A DNA stretch of 32,000 bases, from the NCBI RefSeq assembly GCF_000341395.1, contig NC_020304.1:30001-62000 (forward strand), given 5' to 3'. Positions 7,148 to 15,336 of this stretch are shown in pieces (the first letter of the stretch is position 1; the number at the start of each line of letters is the position of its first letter). Under the pieces are notes generated by a model. That model did not search any database. It was not told where the DNA came from and was given only the letters and a program-made list of their open reading frames with translations. Origin of the DNA: Desulfocapsa sulfexigens DSM 10523. GTDB lineage: Bacteria; Desulfobacterota; Desulfobulbia; Desulfobulbales; Desulfocapsaceae. A program made the position numbers and the translations under genes.

Positions 7148-9511
7148 GTGAGTGCTACTGTTGTAAAAGGCCTGGACAAAAATGGCCGTAGAATCAGTTC
7201 CATGGACTTTGAAGCCATGGTTCAGGCAGCTGCCAGAACAAGCAGCTCCATCCAGATCGAATCCATGGGCCAACATAACCTTGGAATTCGACTGCAGCAT
7301 GCAGACGGTTTGTCCATTGAAGTATCCGGACCCACCGGACAGCGTCTTGGCTGCATGGGAATGCCTGGAACCACCATCACCTGTAAAGGTGCAGCATCCG
7401 ACGATGTCGGCTACCTGAACATTGGTGCAGAAATCACCGTACTTGGCGATGCCACCAATGGTGTCTGTAATGCCATGGCCAACGGAAAAGTCTATATAGG
7501 CGGATCAATTGGTGCCCGTGGACTGACCATGACCAAATGGAATCCAGATTACGAAAAACCCGAGCTCTGGGTACTCGGCTCTGCAGGTGATTCCTTTGCA
7601 GAGTTTAATTGTGGCGGCGTAGCTGTTATTTGCGGTGAGAATGCAAAAAACCCCGAAAATGTTACCGGCTATCGTCCCTGTGTGGGAATGGTTGGCGGCA
7701 CCATCTTTTTCCGTGGTAAAACAGACAATTCTTATTCCAGAAATAATGCCCGTCTGGCACCTCCGACGGATGAACAGTGGCAGTGGCTCGAAGAAAACAT
7801 GCCTGGCTATCTTGGGAAAATCGGGCGTGAAGATCTAAAAAATTCCCTCCTGGTTCGCGATGAATGGCAGGTATTAAATGCTGTTTCCCCACAGGAAAGG
7901 GCATTGCTTTTCTCAGGCCCCATGCCCATGGCTGAATTTCGCAATAAACACTGGAATCAGGCTTTTGGTGGTGGAGACCCGCTTCGCGATCTGGCACCCG
8001 GCCTTGACCGTAGCCCAATTGGGGCAGTACCCACCGGGGATATGCGCCGCAAGAAACCCTATTGGGCCAACCGTGAGTCAGCAGCTCCCTGTACCTATTA
8101 TTGTCCGGTGCATATTCCCACCGTTGACCGTTTACGATTGATCCGTGACGGACAGATAGACGAAGCTTATGAAATGCTGCTTCAATATACACCGCTGCCT
8201 GCATCTGTCTGCGGTGCTGTTTGCCCGAATCTCTGCATGGAGAACTGCTCCCGCCAGGGAGTGGATGATCCTATTGACGTTCAGGTACTTGGTCGATCCG
8301 TAAGTTCTGCCAGATCTCCTGAAGTTGCAGCTTCACTTGGGAAAAAGGTTGCCATCGTTGGTGGTGGGCCTGCTGGAATGAATGCTGCCTGGCAGCTTGC
8401 TCACGCCGGTGTTGAAGCCCATATATTCGAAAAAGACGATTTTATCGGTGGTAAGCTTGCCCAGGTAATTCCATGGGAACGACTGTCCCAGGCCATATGG
8501 GATCAGGAAGTAAAACGGTTCCTGGAAACTCCAAACATTCACACCAACCTTGGCGTGGATATGAGCAAGGAAACTTTCGCCAAACTTAAAGAAGAATTTG
8601 ATTATGTGATTGTTGCAGTTGGAACCCACGAGCCTCGCAAGATTCCCTTTCCTGGACATGAAACAGTTATCCCGGCACTTGACTTCCTGAAAAAAGCAAA
8701 GAGTGCAACTCCTGAGAAGGTTGGCAAAGAAGTCGTTATTATCGGAGCTGGTAATGTTGGTTGTGATGTAGCCTGTGAAGCCTATCGGCTTGGTGCGGAA
8801 AAGGTAACGCTCGTTGATATCCAGAAACCTCTTGCTTTTGGTAAGGAAAAGGAAGCAGCCGAGGCACTTGGTGCGGAATTTCGCTGGCCCGTTATGACCA
8901 GAGAAGTCACTCCTGAAGGCCTTGTAATGGATACCGGTGAGCTCATTCCTGCTCAGACAGTTATCATCTCCATTGGTGATGTTCCCAAACTCCAGTTCCT
9001 TCCAGACTCCGTTGAAACGCTTAGTATTGGAGGTGCGGCCTGGCTAAAAACCAATGAAGCACATCTCACCACCGATGCCAAAGTTCTTGCCATTGGTGAC
9101 GTTGAAAGACCTGGTCTTGCAACCAATGCTCTTGGTGCCGGTAAGACAGCTGCAGAATATATTATTTCGCAGTTCAAGGGAGAAGAGTGGAAACCTTTTA
9201 CGAAAAAGGTAATCACTCAACAGGCACTGACCATTACTCATTACATTCCCGATCTTGAGCATGAGCATTCCCAGGAAAACTCCGCCGAGCGTTGTCTATC
9301 CTGCGCGTCATGCCGTGACTGCCACCTCTGCGAGACAATCTGTCCAGAAGGTGCTATTAGTCGCAGAGAGCTTGAATTTGCTCACACAAATGGCTACGAA
9401 TCCGGGCTTGGAGCATCCTATGAGTATGTTTCCGATGATAAAAAATGTATAGCATGTGGATTTTGTGCCGATACCTGCCCCTGCGGAATCTGGACACTGA
9501 GACCCTTCTAG
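7148..9511 (+). CDS. Fusion protein: glutamate synthase GXGXG domain (GltB domain 3) + GltD-like FAD/NAD(P)H oxidoreductase + C-terminal 2x[4Fe-4S] ferredoxin
   Basis: A GTG start has AAGGAG upstream. The beta-helix GXGXG region covers residues ~60-190. A GltD-type Cys region follows (CTYYCP...CGAVCPNLCMENC). The dinucleotide folds are VAIVGGGPAG and VVIIGAGNVG. The C-terminus carries CRDCHLCETICP and CIACGFCADTCP. Confidence 0.85.
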   Translation: MSATVVKGLDKNGRRISSMDFEAMVQAAARTSSSIQIESMGQHNLGIRLQHADGLSIEVSGPTGQRLGCMGMPGTTITCKGAASDDVGYLNIGAEITVLGDATNGVCNAMANGKVYIGGSIGARGLTMTKWNPDYEKPELWVLGSAGDSFAEFNCGGVAVICGENAKNPENVTGYRPCVGMVGGTIFFRGKTDNSYSRNNARLAPPTDEQWQWLEENMPGYLGKIGREDLKNSLLVRDEWQVLNAVSPQERALLFSGPMPMAEFRNKHWNQAFGGGDPLRDLAPGLDRSPIGAVPTGDMRRKKPYWANRESAAPCTYYCPVHIPTVDRLRLIRDGQIDEAYEMLLQYTPLPASVCGAVCPNLCMENCSRQGVDDPIDVQVLGRSVSSARSPEVAASLGKKVAIVGGGPAGMNAAWQLAHAGVEAHIFEKDDFIGGKLAQVIPWERLSQAIWDQEVKRFLETPNIHTNLGVDMSKETFAKLKEEFDYVIVAVGTHEPRKIPFPGHETVIPALDFLKKAKSATPEKVGKEVVIIGAGNVGCDVACEAYRLGAEKVTLVDIQKPLAFGKEKEAAEALGAEFRWPVMTREVTPEGLVMDTGELIPAQTVIISIGDVPKLQFLPDSVETLSIGGAAWLKTNEAHLTTDAKVLAIGDVERPGLATNALGAGKTAAEYIISQFKGEEWKPFTKKVITQQALTITHYIPDLEHEHSQENSAERCLSCASCRDCHLCETICPEGAISRRELEFAHTNGYESGLGASYEYVSDDKKCIACGFCADTCPCGIWTLRPF

Positions 9512-9538
9512 TATCAATCCTCCCCATCCCGTTAACAG

Positions 9539-9573
9539 ATCCCTGCAGGTGACCCCCTGTGGGGATTTTGTTT
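9539..9573 (+). terminator. Rho-independent terminator after the glutamate synthase operon
   Basis: An 11-bp stem pairs 9539-9549 with 9556-9566, including two G-U pairs. The loop is 6 nt and the stem is followed by TTTGTTT. Confidence 0.65.
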
Positions 9574-9757
9574 CTTGACTTTTCTGTACCTTTTTGAAAG
9601 ACTTCTAACGCATCACACATTATTTTTTGTTTTTCAAAGAAAATAATCTGGTCAGGTAATTATACTGGCGTATCAAGCGTTCGCCAGTATCGGTCGAGCA
9701 GTTATTTGCGGCTCTACACACTTTATTTTTTTATTTCATAAGCCGGGAGGGTTTTCA

Positions 9758-10642
9758 ATGAAACGCTATTTTTCTATTCTAGCTGTCATTCTTTTTTTCT
9801 TTTGCAGTTTCTCTGCCCAGGCCGCAGGTACCGTTAAAATTGGAGTTCTTGCCAAAGATGGTCCGGCAAAAGCTCTAAAAAAATGGACTGCTACCGGAGA
9901 GTACCTCTCCGCCAAGCTTGGCAAGACAGTGGAGATTGTTCCCCTTGATTTTGATAAGGTCAATCCGGCGATCGAAGCAAATGCTGTTGATTTCTTTCTT
10001 ATCAATTCCTCCATGTATGTGACTGCAAAGGTGAAATACGGTGCCAGCGCTATAGCCACAATGATAAACTCCAGGCAGGGACAGGCTCTTGAATCTTTTG
10101 GCGGTGTCATCTTTACAAGTGCCTACAATGACAGCATCAATTCACTTGCTGACTTAAAAGGAAAAACCTTTATGGCTGTTTCAAAATCATCTTTTGGCGG
10201 CTGGCAGATGGCCTACAAAACAATAAAGGATGCAGGCATGGATCCTTTTACAGACTTTGCCAAAGTGGACTTTGCTGGAAAACATGATAACGTTGTTTTT
10301 GCCGTTCAAAATGAACAGGCTCAGGCGGGAACCGTTCGTACTGACACTCTGGAGCGAATGGTTGCAGCTGGGGCTATTGCCATGGAAGATTTCAAAATCA
10401 TCAACAAACAGAGTTCTGCTTTCCCATTTGTCTATTCCACAACACTCTACCCAGAATGGCCTCTCGCTAAAACCGCTGCAACACCAGATACCTTGGCCCA
10501 GGAAGTTGTGGCTGCATTAAAACAGGTTCAAAAAGACGATCCGGCCGCAAGCAACGCAAAAATAATCGGTTGGACCGATCCTCTCGATTACAGCCCTGTT
10601 GAGGAACTTCAGAAGTCCCTTGGAGTTGGAGCATACAAATAA
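9758..10642 (+). CDS. Periplasmic PhnD-like (phosphonate/phosphite ABC-type) substrate-binding protein, orphan
   Basis: The signal peptide ends in SAQA|AG and a GGGAGGG RBS is present. VKIGVL...LGKTVEIVPLDF and LADLKGKTFMAVSKSSFGGW are typical of the PhnD/SBP_bac_3-like fold. No permease or ATPase gene is adjacent. Confidence 0.6.
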   Translation: MKRYFSILAVILFFFCSFSAQAAGTVKIGVLAKDGPAKALKKWTATGEYLSAKLGKTVEIVPLDFDKVNPAIEANAVDFFLINSSMYVTAKVKYGASAIATMINSRQGQALESFGGVIFTSAYNDSINSLADLKGKTFMAVSKSSFGGWQMAYKTIKDAGMDPFTDFAKVDFAGKHDNVVFAVQNEQAQAGTVRTDTLERMVAAGAIAMEDFKIINKQSSAFPFVYSTTLYPEWPLAKTAATPDTLAQEVVAALKQVQKDDPAASNAKIIGWTDPLDYSPVEELQKSLGVGAYK

Positions 10643-10657
10643 CCCCCCCTCTCTTCT

Positions 10658-10688
10658 ACCGGACAGGCATACATATAGCCTGTCCGGT
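10658..10688. terminator. Bidirectional stem-loop between convergent genes
   Basis: A perfect 11-bp stem pairs ACCGGACAGGC with GCCUGUCCGGU around a 9-nt loop. It abuts the stop codon of the minus-strand gene. There is no clear T-run. Confidence 0.5.
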
Positions 10689-11216
10689 TCACCTCTCACC
10701 CTGCAGAAAACGAATAAGGAGTTGCTCAAGATCCGACTGGGCCGTAAGAACTACTCCTGTCTTGAGTTCCAACTTTCTCAGTTCCTCTGTGTTTGACTCT
10801 TTCCGAATACGTTTACAAAGATAATTTAAACAGAATATTGGCTTAAAGAGCAGAATACAGCCGCCGGTTCCAAGGAAGCAACACTCTACACCATTATCGC
10901 ACACAGGCCTCACGTCCACTCCCGCTAGAATATTCATAAGAAGGAGCAGGGCATCATTGTTTTCATTGCCCATATAAACACTGCAGCAACCACCTTTTGG
11001 AGCTGCAGCGCATCTGGTACAGGTTTTCCCCATATTCATTGCTGTCATATGAGTATCAAGTAACACCACCTTATCCCTGACACTTCTCAGTTGATCCACT
11101 ATCTCTTCCTGTTGTAAGAGTCCTTTTCCATAAACTTCCAATAACTGCCTGGCTTTTTCTAGCTTCACTGCGCCATCACCGCAATAACAGGTGCTGATAA
11201 TCGTCAGATAATTCAT
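10689..11216 (-). CDS. Cysteine-cluster protein, possibly YkgJ/CxxCxxCC-like metal-binding (175 aa)
   Basis: The Cys patterns are CTRCAAAPKGGCC and CCFLGTGGCILLFKPIFCLNYLC. The ATG at 11216 has an AGGTGA SD lying over the PBP stop codon. An alternative GTG at 11225 overlaps that stop as GTGA. Confidence 0.45.
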   Translation of the reverse strand: MNYLTIISTCYCGDGAVKLEKARQLLEVYGKGLLQQEEIVDQLRSVRDKVVLLDTHMTAMNMGKTCTRCAAAPKGGCCSVYMGNENNDALLLLMNILAGVDVRPVCDNGVECCFLGTGGCILLFKPIFCLNYLCKRIRKESNTEELRKLELKTGVVLTAQSDLEQLLIRFLQGER

Positions 11217-11221
11217 AGGTT

Positions 11222-13078
11222 TCACCTGGTACTGACTCCACTCATAAATTCACGCCAGACAGGTGCCGCAACGACGCCCCCGTTTCTTCCATTTCCAAGG
11301 CTTTTATTGTCGTCATAACCAAACCACACTCCAGTAAGTGTTTTGTCGGAAAACCCAACAAACCATGCATCTCTGTTATCGTTGGTGGTGCCAGTTTTCC
11401 CTCCGGAGACGGTTCCTAAACCGCCGGCTCTTTTTCCTGTCCCATTGCGAATAACCTCACTCAACAGTCCTTTCATAACACTGGCGACTGAGGAACTCAG
11501 CACCTGGTTTCCAGTGGGTGTGTCTCGAAAAATTTTCCTGCCACCGTTAGAATCTATTCCGCTGATGAGTGTAGGAGAAAAATACTGTCCCTTACAGACA
11601 AATGGTGAGTACGCCGCAGTAATTTCAAGCAAAGAAACACCGGTGGCTCCAAGTGCAAGAGAGAGATCAGAAGTTATGGGAGGCCTTATCCCAAAGGCCT
11701 CTGCAAGTTTCTGAACCCTTTTAATACCAACCTGTTGCAGTAATTTTATGGCAATGATATTTCTGGATTTCACCAGCGCTACTCGTAATGTGGTCTCACC
11801 AAAATACTTCCCGGAAAAATTTCTTGGCCTCCACTCCTTTCCGTCATGGCCGCGAATGGCAAATGGCGAATCCATCAGGGTAGAGTCCGGTGTAAACCCT
11901 TTTGTAAAGGCTGCGGCATAGAGAAGAGGTTTAAACAAAGATCCTGCTGAACGTCTGGCTTGAGTCGCACGATCAAAAGCACTCGTATTAAAATCACGAC
12001 CACCTACTAAAGCTCTGACCCTTCCATTACAGGTATCAAGTGAAACAATTGCTCCCTGCACCTCCTTATCCCCTGAAAAGGAAGAATCCAACCCACGTGT
12101 AAGGGCCGCAGCAGCCAACTGCTGTTGCCTTGAGTCCATGGTAGTATGGATCCGTATTCCCGCACGATTCAGTGATTTCCCAATTATTTTTTCCGCTTGT
12201 TTTGTTACCAGTTGAATAAAATAGCCATTCACTGCTCTTTTTTGATCTGGCTTTTCGGCAAGTTTCAGAGAACGCAGATAGGCATTTTGGGCAGAGGCTT
12301 CACTTACATACCCGTCTGCTGCCATACGATTCAAGACATAGCGCTGCCTCTCAAGGGCAGCATTCATATTTTTGTGCGGAGAGTACCTGCTCGGTGCCTG
12401 GGGTAAACCGGCTAGGATTGCGGCCTCTCCAAGCTTCAAATCCCGGGCACGCTTCCCAAAATACACCTGTGAAGCTGCCTCCACGCCATAGGCACCACTG
12501 CCAAGATAAATCTGATTAAGATAAATATAGAGAATCTCATCCTTACTGAGGAGGGTATCAATCCGCCACGCAAGAATTGCTTCCTTAAATTTTCGGAGGA
12601 AGGTTTTTTCAGGGGTGAGCAGGAGAGACCGCGCCACCTGCTGCGTAATGGTAGAACCTCCCTGTGCACGACGTCCACTGCGCACGTTATTGATTACAGC
12701 TCGAAATACCGACCAGACATCAAGACCCGGATGTTCAAAAAAACGACCATCTTCTGCTGCGACAAAAGCCTGAGGAAGATAGGCCGGCATCTGTGACAGT
12801 GGAACAACAGTCCGGTTTTCGGTGAAAACTCGTTCAATGACATTTCCGTGCCTATCGAGAATTTCTGTAGCCTGGGCAGGTTTATACTCAGCAACACTTC
12901 TGATGTCAGGAATTTTCAACAAAGACAGAATAAGAAGGAGACTACCAAGAAAAACCGTCAGACTAACACTTATAGCAAAAAGAAAACCAATGATGTGCTT
13001 TTCACCATAGGGCTTTGAATAGACACGTTTCGGTTTCGCCACAGAACGTGGCGGCGTTTCTTTTTTAGCTGCTGGCAC
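11222..13078 (-). CDS. Class A penicillin-binding protein (glycosyltransferase GT51 + transpeptidase), PBP1A-like
   Basis: The GT51 motifs are EDGRFFEHPG and GGSTITQQ. The transpeptidase motifs are SLFKP (SxxK), SRN and KTGTT. An N-terminal TM anchor is present. The GTG start is uncertain. Confidence 0.9.
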   Translation of the reverse strand: MPAAKKETPPRSVAKPKRVYSKPYGEKHIIGFLFAISVSLTVFLGSLLLILSLLKIPDIRSVAEYKPAQATEILDRHGNVIERVFTENRTVVPLSQMPAYLPQAFVAAEDGRFFEHPGLDVWSVFRAVINNVRSGRRAQGGSTITQQVARSLLLTPEKTFLRKFKEAILAWRIDTLLSKDEILYIYLNQIYLGSGAYGVEAASQVYFGKRARDLKLGEAAILAGLPQAPSRYSPHKNMNAALERQRYVLNRMAADGYVSEASAQNAYLRSLKLAEKPDQKRAVNGYFIQLVTKQAEKIIGKSLNRAGIRIHTTMDSRQQQLAAAALTRGLDSSFSGDKEVQGAIVSLDTCNGRVRALVGGRDFNTSAFDRATQARRSAGSLFKPLLYAAAFTKGFTPDSTLMDSPFAIRGHDGKEWRPRNFSGKYFGETTLRVALVKSRNIIAIKLLQQVGIKRVQKLAEAFGIRPPITSDLSLALGATGVSLLEITAAYSPFVCKGQYFSPTLISGIDSNGGRKIFRDTPTGNQVLSSSVASVMKGLLSEVIRNGTGKRAGGLGTVSGGKTGTTNDNRDAWFVGFSDKTLTGVWFGYDDNKSLGNGRNGGVVAAPVWREFMSGVSTR

Positions 13079-13257
13079 AATAATTAAGGACGCTGGTCAA
13101 AGGACTGAAAAAAAAACAATAATGGGGAAAAAGCCCACTCATCAGTTACAAAGGATTTCACGACAAACATTTTCCAGTGCCTCAAAAACGAGCGATCCGG
13201 TCACTTTATAGAAATATGGCCAGATCACTCATTACCAGATGCCGGAGAGGTCACCAA

Positions 13258-14523
13258 TCAACCAAAAACGCCTTTCAGGAAGAAGAAAAATACCATTGCC
13301 ATGATTGCGCCGGCCGGCAGAGTAACAATCCAGGAAACAATAATATTCAGGATCACTCGCAGATCAAGGGCACCAATCCCCCGGGCCAGCCCAACGCCAA
13401 GAACCGCACCAACCAGAATATGTGTGGTCGAAACCGGCAAACCAGTACGGGATGCGAGAACAACCGTACTGGCAGCAGCCAGCTCCGCACAAAAACCACG
13501 TGACGGAGTCAGCTCTGTAATCTTGGTGCCGACGGTCAACATCACTCTATAGCCAAGAGTGACAAGGCCGACAACAATTCCTGTGCCACCAACAAAGAGT
13601 ATCCAGACAGGCATTTCAGACGACTGCATGACTTCACCACCCGATGTAACAATACTGATAACTGCTGCAAGAGGTCCTATTCCGTTAGCAACATCATTGG
13701 AGCCATGAGCAAAGGCCATGGAACAGGCAGTAAAAAGCATCATTGGGGTGAACACCTTTTCCACACTCGCAAAATGAAAATCGCGGTCCGCTTCGGTATC
13801 CTCCTTTACCTTTCTGATAAAAAACATGCCAATAGAGCTGGTAAGAAGACCAATACAGATCGCCAACCCAAAACTCTGTGGTCCTGTAAGTTCTATATGA
13901 AGATGCGCCAAGCCCTTAAACAGGGTCACCAGAGAGATTATAAAGCCTACCAGAAAAATATAGTACGGAGCATATTTTTTGGCATTCCTCAGCGGATTTT
14001 CCGTGTCGAAAATTAATTTCCGAGTCGACAGAACAAGAAGAAACGCGATGGTACCGCCAATGGCCGGAGAGATTACCCAGCTCGCAACAATCTTCCCAAC
14101 CTTTCCCCAGTTCACAGCATCCGGACCGATACCAACAACTGCAAAACCAATTAAAGCACCGACAATGGAGTGAGTGGTAGAGACAGGCCATCCCTTACTC
14201 GATGCGATCATCAGCCACACGGCTGCGGCAAGCAATGCGGCAAGCATTCCATAGACCAGGATCTCCGGTGTTGCAATGATGTTTGTTGGATCTATAATTC
14301 CCTTACGAATTGTTTTAGTGACGTTTCCGCCAGCAAGCACAGCGCCGGCAAACTCAAAAACAATCGCAATACCAATTGCCTGTTTTACCGTTACAGCACC
14401 TGCTCCAACGGATGTGCCCATGGCATTTGCCAGATCATTGGCCCCAATGCCCCATGTCATATAGAGGCCAAAGATTACAGCAAGTGTAATCATAATTGTT
14501 CCATACGCAGCAATAACTTCCAT
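13258..14523 (-). CDS. Inorganic phosphate transporter, PiT family
   Basis: The signature is duplicated (GANDLANAMGTSVG and GSNDVANGIGPL), the protein is polytopic, and it pairs with a DUF47 gene. Confidence 0.9.
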   Translation of the reverse strand: MEVIAAYGTIMITLAVIFGLYMTWGIGANDLANAMGTSVGAGAVTVKQAIGIAIVFEFAGAVLAGGNVTKTIRKGIIDPTNIIATPEILVYGMLAALLAAAVWLMIASSKGWPVSTTHSIVGALIGFAVVGIGPDAVNWGKVGKIVASWVISPAIGGTIAFLLVLSTRKLIFDTENPLRNAKKYAPYYIFLVGFIISLVTLFKGLAHLHIELTGPQSFGLAICIGLLTSSIGMFFIRKVKEDTEADRDFHFASVEKVFTPMMLFTACSMAFAHGSNDVANGIGPLAAVISIVTSGGEVMQSSEMPVWILFVGGTGIVVGLVTLGYRVMLTVGTKITELTPSRGFCAELAAASTVVLASRTGLPVSTTHILVGAVLGVGLARGIGALDLRVILNIIVSWIVTLPAGAIMAMVFFFFLKGVFG

Positions 14524-14594
14524 TTTATCTCTCTTCCCTTAGTGTGAACAGCTTAACGACTTCATTCAATATAACTTTTTCCAGAGTCAATCGT

Positions 14595-15281
14595 CTACTT
14601 AGACAGAAACAACAGCAGACGATCGGCCATGTTTTCAGCGTGATCTGAAATATTACCAATCTCTTCAATGATCCGATACCAGAACATGACAGAAACGGGA
14701 TCCAGTTCTTTTTCAATAGTGAAAAGCGTCCGGTTCACCTTCTTCAGAATTTTATCAAGATTATGTTCTGATTTACGTACACCATCGATCATACGGGATA
14801 CCTTATCATGCTCCCTGCCGCTGAATCCGACATGCACTAATTCATCAAGCTCTTCAACCATGTTCTTTGCCTGGGTGATTATCTCCATGGTTCCCTCAAG
14901 CAACTCATCCAGTCCGCCCTTAATGGCGTCGGGCACCGTCATATCCCGATTTACCAGAAGCTGACTGATTTTCTCAACACCATCTGCTACAGAATCCTGT
15001 TCATGAATCAGACTAAGTAGATCCTTTCTGTCAACGGGAAGCAACAGAGTCTTCGGCATATTGTGCCTGTACGTCGCCTTGATCCCATCCGCTTCAGTTT
15101 CCAGAACCCCTATCTGCCCTGCAAGCTCAGTCACCTCACCCTGCTCTTTTCTATAAAGTGCATCAAAAAGGGCGGGCAGTAACATAACACAGGAAAAAAC
15201 TGTCCGCATATGTTCCTGAATTGGCTTAAACGGTGACTTTCGAAGTAAACCCGCTAAGGGGTTCGTTGACATTGCTACCAT
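14595..15281 (-). CDS. DUF47/TIGR00153-type PhoU-like phosphate transport regulator
   Basis: It is a 228-aa helical protein lying immediately upstream of the PiT gene, which is the classic DUF47-Pit pair. A GAGGGAGAA RBS is present. Confidence 0.75.
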   Translation of the reverse strand: MVAMSTNPLAGLLRKSPFKPIQEHMRTVFSCVMLLPALFDALYRKEQGEVTELAGQIGVLETEADGIKATYRHNMPKTLLLPVDRKDLLSLIHEQDSVADGVEKISQLLVNRDMTVPDAIKGGLDELLEGTMEIITQAKNMVEELDELVHVGFSGREHDKVSRMIDGVRKSEHNLDKILKKVNRTLFTIEKELDPVSVMFWYRIIEEIGNISDHAENMADRLLLFLSK

Positions 15282-15336
15282 AATATATTTCTCCCTCTCT
15301 TGAGAACTGTTAAAGATAAACAGAATTTCATAGGAC

